From IMG/VR virus record IMGVR_UViG_3300017917_003822, positions 124,001 to 188,000 of that record: 64,000 bases of DNA; one strand, given 5' to 3'. Position 1 is the first letter of the stretch, and each line of letters starts with the position of its first letter. This document shows positions 9,102 to 20,984 of the stretch, piece after piece. Under the pieces are notes generated by a model. That model was not told where the DNA came from. It saw nothing but the letters and a program-made list of their open reading frames with translations, and did no database searches. Position numbers and translations under genes: made by a program.

Positions 9102-10508
9102 ATGATAATTGACATTGAAAACAAAGGTACGTATCTCAGGGTTTCCCACTTTGGACCTGAAGGTGATTTAGCTTTTTTAGAGGTCCCTGTACCTGAAGAT
9201 CAGAGATTCAACTGGGAAAAATGCAGTCCACATGATCCCAAGAGAGATAAGGAATGGACGAATTGGATGGGTGAGCCAGTTAAGAGAGTTAAAACAGACA
9301 GATATGATAAATATCGGCTTGCACAGATTCTTATTGAGGCACCAGAAGAATTAACTAAGCCCTTATGGGAATTTCAGAATCCAAAAAAATACTTTGTCGA
9401 CATCGAGGTAGAGATAACGGAGGATATGGGAGCTGCTCTTGACACAGAGAATGCTAAAAATCGAGTTATCTCTATCGGGATCGCAACAGACAAAAGAAAG
9501 CTTATAGTTCTAGGTCTTGATCCCTTAACCCCCGAACAACAAGCCAGCATTTACAATAAACTTAATGAGTATTTCAAAAGTACTGGTGACGAATGGTCTT
9601 TCAAATACAAGCAATTCGAAACTGAGTATGATATGATGTACACGTTCTTCCGGGAACTTGGTCCTAAAATGCCGGTAATAACTGGATGGAACTGGCTTGG
9701 CTATGACTGGCCTTATCTAATTAATAGAGCAAAAAGGCTTGGGATAGATCCAAAGATAATTTCGCCTAGCGGAGTCCTTTTAGGTAAAGCACAACTTCCG
9801 ATGCATTTACTTATGTTTGACTACCTTGAAATCTATAAGAAGTGGGATCGCGTAATTAAGATCAAGGAAAGCAATAGACTTGATTATGTTGCAGATAAAG
9901 CTGTTGGATTTAAAAAGATAGAATATAACGGTACACTTAAAGATTTATATCAATCCAATTTCGAAGATTTTATTTACTATAACGCAGTTGACTGTGCGCT
10001 GGTTCATTATATAGATCAGAAGCTAAAAACCATGCAAACATTCTTTAAGATAGCTATGATTTCCGGTGTTGAGATCAATCGATGTCTTTCACCAGTTTGG
10101 TCAACCGAGGTTATGATGCTTAGAAAATTCCACGATAGAAAGCAGGTATTTACTTCAGAAAAAAAAGAGGAGGTTCATGTTAAGTTTGCTGGTGGGTATG
10201 TCAAAGATCCGCTAAAGGGACTACATGAATGGGTGGCATGCTATGATTTTGCCTCACTATATCCTAACACTATGGTTCAATGGGGGATTTCACCCGAAAT
10301 CTACAAAGGTAAAAATCTATTAAATCCCAAGGAAGAATGGGTAAAAACAGCTTCTGGTGCATTTTTCGGATCCGCCGAAGAGAATCCAATTCTCAGAACA
10401 ATTATTAAGGATTTGTACTCCAGAAGAAGAAAAACAAAGGACAGAATGCTAGAGTTGGAGCGAGAAATTGACCAACTAAAAAAAGTTTTAGAAAAAGATA
10501 AAAATTAA
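9102..10508 (+). CDS. Family B DNA polymerase, N-terminal subunit (exonuclease + motif A)
   Basis: ExoI FVDIEVE, ExoII TGWNWLGYDWPYL, ExoIII YNAVD, motif A YDFASLYP; ends in the fingers helix. Confidence 0.92.
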   Translation: MIIDIENKGTYLRVSHFGPEGDLAFLEVPVPEDQRFNWEKCSPHDPKRDKEWTNWMGEPVKRVKTDRYDKYRLAQILIEAPEELTKPLWEFQNPKKYFVDIEVEITEDMGAALDTENAKNRVISIGIATDKRKLIVLGLDPLTPEQQASIYNKLNEYFKSTGDEWSFKYKQFETEYDMMYTFFRELGPKMPVITGWNWLGYDWPYLINRAKRLGIDPKIISPSGVLLGKAQLPMHLLMFDYLEIYKKWDRVIKIKESNRLDYVADKAVGFKKIEYNGTLKDLYQSNFEDFIYYNAVDCALVHYIDQKLKTMQTFFKIAMISGVEINRCLSPVWSTEVMMLRKFHDRKQVFTSEKKEEVHVKFAGGYVKDPLKGLHEWVACYDFASLYPNTMVQWGISPEIYKGKNLLNPKEEWVKTASGAFFGSAEENPILRTIIKDLYSRRRKTKDRMLELEREIDQLKKVLEKDKN

Positions 10509-10602
10509 CGTACTCTAGAACCTGGATCCAGGATCGGGGTTGATATATAAAAAACCCGGTGGATTTAGGCCTAGACAATAAACCTAGTCAAAAATCAAAA
10601 AT

Positions 10603-11082
10603 ATGGCAAATATAGACAACCAATGCAAAGATCTTCCCGTTGAGAATGACTACGTGAAGTCCACAAACCACCTGGAAAAATTGATGAACCTTCAGAAAAA
10701 TACGCAAGAAGGTGTTTATGGTTACGATTTTAAAAACCTCACCTTAGGTGAAATTAAGGATTTCTGGTTATGGAATACCAGAGCAATAGATGATGAGATA
10801 TCGGAAGCATACGACGCTTTAGGCGGTGTTTCTAACAACGGAGAAACATCAATCGGAAATGCAGTTTGGAAGCCATGGAAAAGCAATCACAAGAAAGCTT
10901 ACACCATGAAAGTATCGGACCTTTCGGAGGATGATCAGAAAGAACTTAAGATGGAACTTGTTGATATCCAACATTTCCTTTTTAATATGATGATCTCTGT
11001 GGGAATGACTGCGGAAGAACTATTTAACTATTACCTCTCCAAGAATAAGGAGAATATCAGAAGACAAGAAAATAATTACTAA
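10603..11082 (+). CDS. Dimeric all-alpha dUTPase/dCTPase (MazG-like, T4 gp56-like)
   Basis: EISE, KPWK and ELVDIQHF motifs. Confidence 0.8.
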   Translation: MANIDNQCKDLPVENDYVKSTNHLEKLMNLQKNTQEGVYGYDFKNLTLGEIKDFWLWNTRAIDDEISEAYDALGGVSNNGETSIGNAVWKPWKSNHKKAYTMKVSDLSEDDQKELKMELVDIQHFLFNMMISVGMTAEELFNYYLSKNKENIRRQENNY

Positions 11083-11096
11083 AAAAACAAAAAACA

Positions 11097-12080
11097 ATGG
11101 AGAATTTTTATCCTTTACCAGAACCGATCCTTCAGGAAAATCCAAATAGATTTGTTCTTTTCCCTATAGAGCATCCGGATATCTGGCAAATGTACAAACA
11201 ACAAGAAGCGTGTATCTGGACAGCAGAGGAAATAGATCTAGCACAAGATCTTAATGACTGGAGAAACAAATTAAACGATGATGAAAGATTCTTTATAAAA
11301 AATGTATTAGCTTTCTTTGCTGCTTCTGATGGAATAGTAAATGAAAATTTAGCTGAAAATTTTGTTTCTGAGGTTCAATATACCGAAGCAAAGTTTTTTT
11401 ATGGGTTTCAGATAATGATGGAAAATATCCATTCTGAAACTTACTCCTTACTAATCGATACCTATATTCAGGATGCCGCTGAAAAAGACAGACTTTTCCG
11501 TGCGATTGATACAATCGATGCTGTTAAGAAAAAGGCTGAGTGGGCTCTTAAATGGATCGAGTCTCCTCACTTTCAGGAGAGGCTTATTGCTTTCGCTGCG
11601 GTTGAGGGAATTTTCTTTAGTGGATCATTCTGCTCTATCTTTTGGCTGAAAAAAAGAGGTCTGATGCCAGGATTATCTTTTTCTAATGAGCTTATATCTA
11701 GAGACGAGGGTATGCACTGTGATTTTGCAGTAATGTTACATAACAACCACTTAGCTAATAAAGTTTCTGAGGAAAGAATCAAAGAAATTATTACCAGTGC
11801 CTTAGAAATTGAGAAGGAGTTTATTATAGAGTCACTGCCTGTTAGACTTATAGGTATGAACTCGGATTTGATGAAACAGTATCTTGAATTTGTTGCTGAT
11901 AGATTACTTGTTGATTTGGGATGTTCTAAAGTTTATAATTCAGAAAATCCTTTTGATTTTATGACAAACATCTCACTACAGGGTAAAACTAATTTCTTCG
12001 AGAAGAGAGTTGGTGAATACCAGAAATCCGGTGTAATGAACAAATCGGAAGATCCTTTTGATTTTGACGGCGAATTCTAA
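11097..12080 (+). CDS. nrdB: Ribonucleotide reductase class Ia beta subunit
   Basis: [50 protein letters not shown]. Confidence 0.97.
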   Translation: MENFYPLPEPILQENPNRFVLFPIEHPDIWQMYKQQEACIWTAEEIDLAQDLNDWRNKLNDDERFFIKNVLAFFAASDGIVNENLAENFVSEVQYTEAKFFYGFQIMMENIHSETYSLLIDTYIQDAAEKDRLFRAIDTIDAVKKKAEWALKWIESPHFQERLIAFAAVEGIFFSGSFCSIFWLKKRGLMPGLSFSNELISRDEGMHCDFAVMLHNNHLANKVSEERIKEIITSALEIEKEFIIESLPVRLIGMNSDLMKQYLEFVADRLLVDLGCSKVYNSENPFDFMTNISLQGKTNFFEKRVGEYQKSGVMNKSEDPFDFDGEF

Positions 12081-12190
12081 ATTTATACCAATCAAATCTA
12101 AACTTTCCTGTGTTATTTTTTAATCCAGGGGAAAGCTAATATTATATTGGCTTTAAAAGAAATTTAATAAAAAAAAAACAAAAAGAAGAA

Positions 12191-14677
12191 ATGCAAGTTG
12201 TAAAAAGAGACGGTTCTAAAGAACCGGTAAGGTTTGAGAAGATTTCTAACAGAATCAGAAAAATGACATATGGTTTAAATGCTGATTATGTTGACGCCAT
12301 GGAGATAGCACAAAAAGTAATTGCTGGTATTTATGACGGAATATCAACCCAGGAATTAGACAATTTAGCTGCAGAAACAGCAGCTTCACTTATTCCTAGA
12401 CACCCCGATTATTCAATTCTTGCTTCAAGAATTGCGGTTTCTAGATTACATAAAACAACAAAGAAAAAATTCTCGGAAACGATCCAAACTTTATATGACT
12501 ACATAGATCCTGAGACGAATCTTCCGGCTGGTTTAATTAATGAAGAAACTTATCAGACGGTAATGAAGCACAAACAAAAATTGGATGGTGCTATCATACA
12601 TGAAAGAGATTTTGAATTTGAATATTTTGGATTTAAAACACTGGAAAAAAGTTACCTATTAAAAACCCACGGTGAGGTCTGTGAAAGTCCTCAGCACATG
12701 TATATGAGAGTTTCAGTTGGTATTTGGGGAGAAGATATCAAGAACGTAATTAAAACTTATGAGCTACTTTCCAATCATATGGCCACTCACGCAACACCAA
12801 CATTATTCAATGCAGGTACTAAAAAACCACAGCTTTCTTCTTGCTTCTTATTGACCGTATCCGATGACTCCATTGCTGGAATTTATAAAACTCTTTCTGA
12901 CGTAGCTATTATTTCACAGAATGCTGGTGGAATAGGTTTAGCTATCCATAATGTCAGAAGTACAGGTTCTTATATCAGAGGAACTAACGGTACCTCAAAC
13001 GGAATTGTACCAATGCTTAAAGTTTTCAACGAAACTGCAAGATATGTAGATCAGGGAGGGGGTAAAAGAAAAGGATCTTTCGCAATTTACTTGGAGCCTT
13101 GGCACTCTGATATTGAGGATTTCTTAGATCTAAGAAAGAATACTGGTAAGGAAGAATTAAGAGCTAGAGATCTTTTCCTAGCATTATGGACTCCTGATCT
13201 TTTCATGAAGAGAGTTAAAGAGGATGGAATCTGGAGTTTATTCTCACCATCTGAAGTTCCTGGTCTTTGGGAAAAATATGGAGATGAATTTGAAAAAGCA
13301 TACACCGAAGCTGAGGAAGCTGGTAAGGCAAGAAAAACCATTAAAGCTAGGGATTTGTGGACAAAGATTATAGAATCACAGATAGAAACAGGAACACCTT
13401 ATATGCTGTATAAGGATGCTGCAAATAAAAAATCAAACCAGAAGAATTTAGGTACCATTAAGAGTTCAAACTTATGTACTGAAATTTTGGAATATACAGA
13501 TAAGGACGAACAAGCAGTTTGTAACTTGGCTTCGATCCCAGTTAACAAGTTCCTAAAATCAACTGATGCTAGAACATCTAAGATTTGCAAAGGAAGATGT
13601 GAGGTTGACCATAATGCTCTTTATGATGTTGCATATCAGATAACATTGAACTTAAATAAGGTTATTGACGTTAACTACTATCCAACTCCTGAGACTAAAA
13701 AATCAAATTTAAGACATAGACCTATTGGTATAGGTATTCAAGGTCTGGCTGATTTGTTTGCAATTATGGGTATTCCTTTTGCATCACCAGAAGCCAAAAG
13801 AATTAACGAGGAAATATTCGAAACTATTTATTTTGCCGCAATGTCAGCCTCAATGTATTTGGCCAAGAGAGACGGTAAATATGAAACTTTCGATGGTTCA
13901 CCATTAAGTCAAGGACAATTCCAATTTAATTTATGGGGATTTGAGGACAAAGACCTTTCTGGAAGATGGGATTGGGACAAATTAAGAAAGGATGTGATGA
14001 AGCACGGAGCTAGAAACTCTTTATTATTAGCTCCTATGCCAACAGCTTCTACAGCTCAGATTATGGGTAACAATGAGGCATTCGAACCTTTCACCTCGAA
14101 CATCTACACTAGAAGAACTCTTAGCGGTGAATTTATATTAGTTAACAAGCACCTAGTTAAGGATTTGATTGCTCTGGATCTTTGGAGCGAAGATATGAAG
14201 AATTTGATCATCTTACATAAAGGATCTGTTCAGAACATACCTCAAATTCCTGAAAATATAAGAGAAACATATAAAACAGTTTGGGAAATAAAGCAGAAAG
14301 ATCTAATTGAGATGTCTGCCGGTAGAGGTAAATTTATTTGTCAATCCCAATCACTAAATTTGTTTATTGAGAATGTTAATTCTGCTAAACTTACTGCTGC
14401 ACACTTCCACTCTTGGGAACTTGGTCTTAAAACGGGAATGTATTATCTAAGAACAAAATCTGCTGTTGATGCTATTGCAGGTTTGGGAATAGACATGGAG
14501 AAAGCTAAGAAAGCTCAGAAACTTGCCGATGAGGGATCTCTGATTCAAGAAAAAAGGGAATCTAAAATAGATCTTGGTATGACTAGCGAAGAACTCAGTA
14601 AAGCTGCAGAAGAAGTTGCATCTGGGATAACATGCAGTCTGGATAACCCCGACGATTGTATAGCATGTGGATCTTAA
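12191..14677 (+). CDS. nrdA: Ribonucleotide reductase class Ia alpha subunit with ATP cone
   Basis: VVKRDG ATP cone, [38 protein letters not shown]-terminal CIACGS. Confidence 0.98.
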   Translation: MQVVKRDGSKEPVRFEKISNRIRKMTYGLNADYVDAMEIAQKVIAGIYDGISTQELDNLAAETAASLIPRHPDYSILASRIAVSRLHKTTKKKFSETIQTLYDYIDPETNLPAGLINEETYQTVMKHKQKLDGAIIHERDFEFEYFGFKTLEKSYLLKTHGEVCESPQHMYMRVSVGIWGEDIKNVIKTYELLSNHMATHATPTLFNAGTKKPQLSSCFLLTVSDDSIAGIYKTLSDVAIISQNAGGIGLAIHNVRSTGSYIRGTNGTSNGIVPMLKVFNETARYVDQGGGKRKGSFAIYLEPWHSDIEDFLDLRKNTGKEELRARDLFLALWTPDLFMKRVKEDGIWSLFSPSEVPGLWEKYGDEFEKAYTEAEEAGKARKTIKARDLWTKIIESQIETGTPYMLYKDAANKKSNQKNLGTIKSSNLCTEILEYTDKDEQAVCNLASIPVNKFLKSTDARTSKICKGRCEVDHNALYDVAYQITLNLNKVIDVNYYPTPETKKSNLRHRPIGIGIQGLADLFAIMGIPFASPEAKRINEEIFETIYFAAMSASMYLAKRDGKYETFDGSPLSQGQFQFNLWGFEDKDLSGRWDWDKLRKDVMKHGARNSLLLAPMPTASTAQIMGNNEAFEPFTSNIYTRRTLSGEFILVNKHLVKDLIALDLWSEDMKNLIILHKGSVQNIPQIPENIRETYKTVWEIKQKDLIEMSAGRGKFICQSQSLNLFIENVNSAKLTAAHFHSWELGLKTGMYYLRTKSAVDAIAGLGIDMEKAKKAQKLADEGSLIQEKRESKIDLGMTSEELSKAAEEVASGITCSLDNPDDCIACGS

Positions 14678-14699
14678 ATATATAGAATAAAAAACCGAG

Positions 14700-15320
14700 A
14701 TGGAAAATATAGTTAAAAGTTTTAGTGGATTTTTAAATGAAAGAGAATTACCAGACGAACAAGGTGACATCCTAGTTATGCTAGGAGCACCAGGTTCTGG
14801 TAAAGGTACACTTTCCAAAGAACTCCAGGATAAGTATGGAATACATCATATTTCCACCGGAGATCTCATCAGAAAATCTGATGATCCGGAGCTTAAAAAA
14901 ATCATAGACGGTGGTAATTTTTTACCCGATGATATGATGATTAAGATTTTAAGGAAAGAACTTAAAAAAGTGGATGTAACTAAAGGAATAATATTTGATG
15001 GTTTTCCAAGAACTATCAAACAAGCTAAAAGACTTGATTCCATGCTAGGTAAAATGGGTCTTGGTCTTAATCATGCAATCTTTTTGGATCTTCCTGAAGA
15101 AACTGCCAAAAATAGAATCAGAGAAAGAGCTAAGAAGGAGGACAGAAAGGATGACACCAGTGACGAGATCATCAACAAAAGGTTCGATGAATATCACGAG
15201 AAAACATTTCCTCTTTTAGATTTCTACAAGAGAAGCAGAAAACTAATAAAGATTGATGCATCTGAAGGCAAGGAGGGAGTATTAAAATCAGTTTCTAAAA
15301 AACTGGGATTGAAGAAATAG
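14700..15320 (+). CDS. adk: Adenylate kinase (short LID) with CTS-like N-terminal extension
   Basis: GAPGSGKGT, HISTGDLIR, FDGFPRTIKQA, R.DD. Confidence 0.93.
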   Translation: MENIVKSFSGFLNERELPDEQGDILVMLGAPGSGKGTLSKELQDKYGIHHISTGDLIRKSDDPELKKIIDGGNFLPDDMMIKILRKELKKVDVTKGIIFDGFPRTIKQAKRLDSMLGKMGLGLNHAIFLDLPEETAKNRIRERAKKEDRKDDTSDEIINKRFDEYHEKTFPLLDFYKRSRKLIKIDASEGKEGVLKSVSKKLGLKK

Positions 15321-15337
15321 CTAATAAAACCAAATAA

Positions 15338-15985
15338 ATGGAAAAAACCAGTGGGGATTTTGTAAAATCCTTGAAGGATAAAATTAGCAAACAGAAAAAG
15401 CAGGAGAAATTTCAGAGAAATATATTGCACGATTCCCTTGATTATTTAGTATCGATAATCAAGGGATCTTCGCAAATAGAGCTAAGATCAGTAAAAAATT
15501 TTAAGACCAGCGAGATCTCTTGCTTTTTAAATCTGTATTGCGAATCCGATGATATCCCATCATCAATAGAGTCTCTATTTAATGAGAATAATCTGGACTT
15601 TCGAAAGGTACAACTCGATGAAAAAAAATTTTTATACCTGGTGGACTTCGGTGAAAATATCGTGTCCTCCGGGAGTGAACATAATTGGTTCTTTTTAGAG
15701 TTTTATTTTAAGGGAAAATACATATTTGAATCTAAATTGACCACTAATAGCGACGATCTTTTCTATTCTGTATTCGATAGAAAATATTACGGTATAAAAT
15801 TTTGGGTGTGCGACAATCTAGAATTATCTGTTTATGAATTTCCGATAAGAAATTTTGATAGAAATAAAAATAAAACAAAGGTTGATCTTGACGAGAAATA
15901 TTCTCTTACGATCCTGTTTGATCAGGTTGGAGAGGTAGAAAAAATAAATATTTCCAGAAGAATAGGGAGAAAAAAAGAGAAATGA
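15338..15985 (+). CDS. Hypothetical protein
   Basis: ORF in operon. Confidence 0.6.
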   Translation: MEKTSGDFVKSLKDKISKQKKQEKFQRNILHDSLDYLVSIIKGSSQIELRSVKNFKTSEISCFLNLYCESDDIPSSIESLFNENNLDFRKVQLDEKKFLYLVDFGENIVSSGSEHNWFFLEFYFKGKYIFESKLTTNSDDLFYSVFDRKYYGIKFWVCDNLELSVYEFPIRNFDRNKNKTKVDLDEKYSLTILFDQVGEVEKINISRRIGRKKEK

Positions 15986-16012
15986 TACTATAATATCTAA
16001 AACCATAGTTTA

Positions 16013-17293
16013 ATGAGTAAAAAGAATAAAACAAAGAAAAAATCAACGCCTATTAAGATGGCTTCGCCAATTAAGAGTCCGCTGATTATTAAGCCTCAGA
16101 TTTTATCAAAGGAGCAAACAATCAGCCTATGTTTGGTTATGATTGTTAAGGATGAGGAGGACACAATCAGAAGATGTCTTACAGCTGTTGCCCCTTATAT
16201 TAAATATTGGGTTATTGTTGATACCGGATCTTCAGATAACACAATTCAGGTTATCAACGAAACAATGCAGGAATTAAATATTCCGGGTGAACTACACGAG
16301 AGGCCTTGGGTCAACTTTGAAGTTAATAGAACCGAGAGTTTGAATCTGGCTAAAGGTAAATGTGACTATAGATGGATCATAGATGCCGACGATACTTTCT
16401 ATGTGGACCAGCCAGGGCTTAATCCATTTGCTGGACTTGATACAACTCCTGATTGTTATCAAATATCATATAAATTAAATGCCCTCCAATATCACAGAGC
16501 ACAGCTAGTTAGATCAAGCCAGAATTGGGTCTATAAAGGGGTTCTTCACGAATATCTGTTTTTGGATGAGCCTAATGCACAACCAACTCAGGCACAAATT
16601 AATGGATGTCATGTCGTAGCTGACATTTCTCCGCTTAAAAGAGCTTCTAGCTTGGAGGAAAAATACGCTAACGATGCGAAGATACTTGAGGATGCACTAG
16701 TCAAAGAGCCTGATAATGATAGGTATATGTTTTACCTAGCACAAAGTTATAGAGACTCTAGCCAGTTAGAAAAAGCTATAGAAGCTTATAAGAAAAGAGT
16801 TGCTATGGGTGGATGGGAGGAAGAAGTCTACTATTCTCTTTATATGATTGGTAAAATCAGCGAAAAAATGGGTGTTGATGATGAGACCGTTACCAATTTA
16901 TATTCTAAGGCATGGGAGTATAGACCATCCCGATTAGAGGCTGTGTTTCATGTTATGAGAAAGCTCAGAGATCAAAAAAGATATTTGGTTGCTTTTGCTT
17001 ATGGAGACGTTGCTATAAAAACAAAAGGAACCGCTGATATTCTATTCATAGAACCAGAGATCTGGCAATGGAGACTTCTGGATGAGTATTCTCTGGCTGC
17101 TTATTATATAGGAAATCCTGAAATTGCGGTTGAAAAAACATCAGCCATTATAAATGCACCCTTCTTTAAAGATATTGCAATGGAAGAGCAAAATAGGCTT
17201 AGAAAAAATTTATCATTCTATCAGAAAGGTGCACAAGAAAAGGCTAAAAAAATACAAGAAATGCAACAGTTACAGAAGCTACAGGGGAAATAA
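16013..17293 (+). CDS. GT2-family glycosyltransferase with C-terminal TPR repeats
   Basis: LCLVMIVKDEE, VIVDTGSSDNT, IIDADD; RYMFYLAQSYRD and EEVYYSLY TPR-like helices. Confidence 0.88.
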   Translation: MSKKNKTKKKSTPIKMASPIKSPLIIKPQILSKEQTISLCLVMIVKDEEDTIRRCLTAVAPYIKYWVIVDTGSSDNTIQVINETMQELNIPGELHERPWVNFEVNRTESLNLAKGKCDYRWIIDADDTFYVDQPGLNPFAGLDTTPDCYQISYKLNALQYHRAQLVRSSQNWVYKGVLHEYLFLDEPNAQPTQAQINGCHVVADISPLKRASSLEEKYANDAKILEDALVKEPDNDRYMFYLAQSYRDSSQLEKAIEAYKKRVAMGGWEEEVYYSLYMIGKISEKMGVDDETVTNLYSKAWEYRPSRLEAVFHVMRKLRDQKRYLVAFAYGDVAIKTKGTADILFIEPEIWQWRLLDEYSLAAYYIGNPEIAVEKTSAIINAPFFKDIAMEEQNRLRKNLSFYQKGAQEKAKKIQEMQQLQKLQGK

Positions 17294-17340
17294 AAAGTAT
17301 TTCCGTGAGGATATATAGAGAAAAATATTTTTTTAAAGTA

Positions 17341-17892
17341 ATGAAGCATCTTTTAGAATACGAGAGTTACTCTCCAGTAAATGAATTTGAGGTTAAGGGT
17401 GGAGTTCCGGTTTATAACGAACCAGAATTTGTTAAGAACCCTAAAATGAAACCTGCTATGATGATAAAAACTCCCGAAATTATCTCGGTTGTTGATGATT
17501 TTATCAAAAAGCAAGAAAATGGTGATATTGAATCAATCGCGGTTGTGGCTGATATACCAACTCAGGGAAAGAGAGTACCTACTTACGTTGCAGATGAATT
17601 GGCAGCAGAGAGAAAAAGAATGGCTGCAAGAAAAGCTGCTATCTACGGAAGTAGAATAGAAAGAGCTGATAGACCTGAGGATGAGGATTACACCGACGAG
17701 ATCAATATTTTCGTAGATTCTGAGTTTGTTGTTAAGGGTGTGATTAACAAATTAGGTAAGGATTACGTGATAGGTATACCTGCTTCACATAAGAAAAAAG
17801 CAGAGGCTAGTAAAGATGCTGAGGAATATTACTCTACCTACATCGAGCCTAACCAGATTTTTGAAATTTATTTTACCCCAAAAAATAAATAA
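17341..17892 (+). CDS. Hypothetical protein with CTS-like N-terminus (MKHLLEYESYSPVNE)
   Basis: Start reassigned to ATG 17341, after GATATATA 17310. Confidence 0.7.
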   Translation: MKHLLEYESYSPVNEFEVKGGVPVYNEPEFVKNPKMKPAMMIKTPEIISVVDDFIKKQENGDIESIAVVADIPTQGKRVPTYVADELAAERKRMAARKAAIYGSRIERADRPEDEDYTDEINIFVDSEFVVKGVINKLGKDYVIGIPASHKKKAEASKDAEEYYSTYIEPNQIFEIYFTPKNK

Positions 17893-17911
17893 TTGAAAAA
17901 TAGATAAATTT

Positions 17912-17942
17912 AAACCTCCAGTAGAAATATTGGAGGTTTTTT
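17912..17942 (+). terminator. Intrinsic terminator
   Basis: AAACCTCCA...TGGAGGTTT followed by a T-tract. Confidence 0.75.
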
Positions 17943-17994
17943 ATTGAGAACAATTTCTAAAAACACTATATAATACTAAACCAATATTAGAAGG

Positions 17995-19782
17995 ATGGAT
18001 AAAGTTAATAAAACAATTGAGGTACTTACAGATTTCGAACACATCATTAAAAGACCGACTATGTATGTTGGTTCGGTTAAGAAAAGTGAAGAAACCCTTC
18101 CGATTATAGGCGACGGTTTCATTAAAGCAGTCACAAAGGAACATTCGATAGGAATGTATAAATTGTTTGACGAGGTCTTTGCTAATTCAGTTGACGAAGC
18201 TAAGAGAATGTCGGTGCCCATGAAAAAAATCACGGTTGAGGTTGATGTCAAGGATAATAAAATATCAATCACAGATACCGGTGATGGATTTACTAACGGT
18301 TCTACTATCAATAAGAAAAGTGGATTAAGTAATATCGAGACCGCTGTTTCTATGCTTAGAGCAGGTTCAAATTTCGACAATGATAACATCAGCGAATCGA
18401 TAGTTGGTACTAATGGTATGGGTGTGAGTTTAGTTAATGCTCTCTCAACCAGATTCGAGATCGAAACAACAAATAGTAAGGAGACATATTTCCAATACTG
18501 GGATTCCTTTATAGCTGGAAGTGCCAAGGTAACTCCAAAAACGAAAAGTAAATCAACAGGAACTAGAGTTTCCTTTGTTCCGAACAGCTCAGTTTTTGAT
18601 GGTTCTAGATGGGACTATTCAACAATCAAATCCTATCTCTGTTTAAAGAAAAGAGTACTTGAGACCGAAGAAAAAACTTCATCTCTTAAGGTGGAATTCA
18701 TTTGGAATGGTAAGTCTGAAATTATCGAATCCGAGCTAAAACCAGATTGGTCACATAAGACAAACATCGGAGAAATATTAGTCTGGGAGAAAAGACCTGA
18801 AGCTGGAACGTTCTCATTTGTAAATAGTGCACTATGTACCGGAATACATCAAAAGATAGTTCAGGATAGAATCAATATTCAGCTCGAAGACACACTAGGA
18901 CACCATTTTTACGACACTTTAATCATTTTGAATCTATCACCTAAGATTGTCCGTTTTGGTGACCAAAACAAGACTAAATTCGTTTCTAAGAGGGAGGAGG
19001 TAGAACCCACAATAGTTAGAAGTTTTGATTCTGCTCTTAATAAGTTTTATAAGAGTGATATTTTTAAGAGAATCAAAAAAGCTGTTGATGATAGAAAGAA
19101 GGACACCGAACTTAAAAAAATAAGAAAGGAAAAGAAATCGATAAGAATAAAGCACTCCAATAAATATTTTCCAGCAACTTCAACTAAGGCGGAGAATCTT
19201 TTTATAGTCGAAGGACTAAGTGCAATGGGATCAATCCTACAGAAAAGAGATCCAAAGAAGGACGGAGTTTATGCACTTAAGGGTAAAATTAAAAATGCTA
19301 GAAGTCTTTCAGATCTTTCTGACAATAGAGAAATTCTTGAGCTTATGCAGATTTTAAATCTGGACCCGGAAGGACAAAATTTAGTGTGTCCATTTGAGAG
19401 GGTAGTGATAGCAACGGATCAGGATCCTGATGGTGCTCATATCACCTCACTTTTAATTAACCTCTTTTATAGCTGGTTCCCATGGATGGTTAAACAAGGG
19501 AGAGTTCATTTTCTAGAAACTCCTTTAGTTACGGTGGGAGATCGAGCTAAGAAATATTACTATTCACTTGATGAGTTTAAAAAGGGAGCCGGTAAAGGTG
19601 AAAAATCTAACGTTAGATATCTTAAAGGTCTAGGTTCACTTTCTCTTGAAGATTGGGATTATGTTATGAAGAACAAGAGAATTATAGCATTGAAGGAAGA
19701 CCCCCAAACCAAGAAGCACTTAGAGATGGCATTCGGTAAATCAGCTAATGAAAGAAAAAAGTGGTTAGGATCCGAGAAATAA
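17995..19782 (+). CDS. Type IIA topoisomerase ATPase/TOPRIM subunit (T4 gp39+60/GyrB-like)
   Basis: EHIIKRPTMYVGS, DEVFANSVDE, GTNGMGVSLVNALS, LFIVEGLSA, DQDPDG.HI, YLKGLGS. Confidence 0.95.
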   Translation: MDKVNKTIEVLTDFEHIIKRPTMYVGSVKKSEETLPIIGDGFIKAVTKEHSIGMYKLFDEVFANSVDEAKRMSVPMKKITVEVDVKDNKISITDTGDGFTNGSTINKKSGLSNIETAVSMLRAGSNFDNDNISESIVGTNGMGVSLVNALSTRFEIETTNSKETYFQYWDSFIAGSAKVTPKTKSKSTGTRVSFVPNSSVFDGSRWDYSTIKSYLCLKKRVLETEEKTSSLKVEFIWNGKSEIIESELKPDWSHKTNIGEILVWEKRPEAGTFSFVNSALCTGIHQKIVQDRINIQLEDTLGHHFYDTLIILNLSPKIVRFGDQNKTKFVSKREEVEPTIVRSFDSALNKFYKSDIFKRIKKAVDDRKKDTELKKIRKEKKSIRIKHSNKYFPATSTKAENLFIVEGLSAMGSILQKRDPKKDGVYALKGKIKNARSLSDLSDNREILELMQILNLDPEGQNLVCPFERVVIATDQDPDGAHITSLLINLFYSWFPWMVKQGRVHFLETPLVTVGDRAKKYYYSLDEFKKGAGKGEKSNVRYLKGLGSLSLEDWDYVMKNKRIIALKEDPQTKKHLEMAFGKSANERKKWLGSEK

Positions 19783-19832
19783 TTTTTTTAGATCGATTTT
19801 TTTAATTACATTTGCTGTATTAATTTTATACA

Positions 19833-20771
19833 TTGTACATGGAAAGAAGATATGGTTATTGTTGCATAAATCTATCACTCTCGGAGTCTAAGGAAAAAGT
19901 AACAACAAATAGAGGAATGGTCAAAAAAACATTTTTAGAAAGAGGTCTAGAATATGCCTCCGAGCTTGCTTTAAAGAATGTTATTGATCTCAGGAGAGTT
20001 TTAGAATGGAATGACGACAACAATATAAGGATGTATAGAATGTCCAGTGATATATTTCCTTGGTCTTCCGAATACGAGATAAGTGATCTCCCTGATTACG
20101 ATCAGATTTCATTAATTTTAAAATCTTGTGGAGACTTTGCAAAAAGAACAGACCAGAGAATAACATTTCATCCGTCACCTTATGGGGTTTTAGCTTCTGC
20201 TAACCCTGCCGTTGTTGAAAACGCCATTAAGGAATTGAATCAACACGGTGAGATTTTTGATATGATGGGATTAGATCAGACACATTTCTATCCAATCAAC
20301 ATTCACGTAAACACAACACAGCCATCAAAAGAGGAAGCTGCAGGCAGGTTCTGTTTAAATTTCCAAAGATTGTCTGATTCTGTTAAGAAAAGATTGGTTG
20401 TGGAGGTTGATGATAAAAAATCTCAATATACAGCTGTTGATTTGTTCCATATGATACATAAGCCACTAGGAATTCCAATTACTTTTGATTATTTACATAA
20501 CCAGTGTAATCCATCAATGTATAATGAGGAGGAAGCTTTATCTCTTTGTCTTTCAACTTGGCCAGATGGAATACCAGCAATTACTCATTATTCCGATTCC
20601 AAAAAAATATACGAAGACAACACGGCAAAGGAAGTTGCTCATACCGACTGGATATGGGGAAAGGTCGAAACTTATGGTCTGGATTTCGATATAGAATTTG
20701 AGGTAAAAATGAAAGACAAGGCTCTTTTGAAATTCCTAGAAAAAAAAGATTTTTTATATGAAAAACAGTAA
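19833..20771 (+). CDS. uvsE: UV damage endonuclease UvsE/UVDE
   Basis: GYCCIN, RMYRMSSDIFP, RITFHP, TFDYLH, H.D...EVKMKD. Confidence 0.92.
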   Translation: MYMERRYGYCCINLSLSESKEKVTTNRGMVKKTFLERGLEYASELALKNVIDLRRVLEWNDDNNIRMYRMSSDIFPWSSEYEISDLPDYDQISLILKSCGDFAKRTDQRITFHPSPYGVLASANPAVVENAIKELNQHGEIFDMMGLDQTHFYPINIHVNTTQPSKEEAAGRFCLNFQRLSDSVKKRLVVEVDDKKSQYTAVDLFHMIHKPLGIPITFDYLHNQCNPSMYNEEEALSLCLSTWPDGIPAITHYSDSKKIYEDNTAKEVAHTDWIWGKVETYGLDFDIEFEVKMKDKALLKFLEKKDFLYEKQ

Positions 20772-20982
20772 AGAAATAGAGGATTTTGAAAAATCCATTA
20801 ATGGCCCTGAAAATTCAGAGATAAAATACACAATCGATAGGTCGATAGAGGCATCTGTTAGATATGAGTACCTTATCGAGAACTATGGTAAGGAGAAGGT
20901 TGATAGCGTGGTTCCTGATTTTCTTGAATTGTACGATAGTGAAATCTTCTCGGAGATCAAGAAAAAATTAGAGTCTGAGTAA
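20758..20982 (+). CDS. Hypothetical protein
   Basis: ORF overlapping the uvsE stop. Confidence 0.55.
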   Translation: MKNSKEIEDFEKSINGPENSEIKYTIDRSIEASVRYEYLIENYGKEKVDSVVPDFLELYDSEIFSEIKKKLESE

Positions 20983-20984
20983 TA

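Noticed and set aside
10519-10535. CCTGGATCCAGG palindrome and small hairpins before the dUTPase
   Set aside because: Single short occurrence, compatible with chance or a weak terminator
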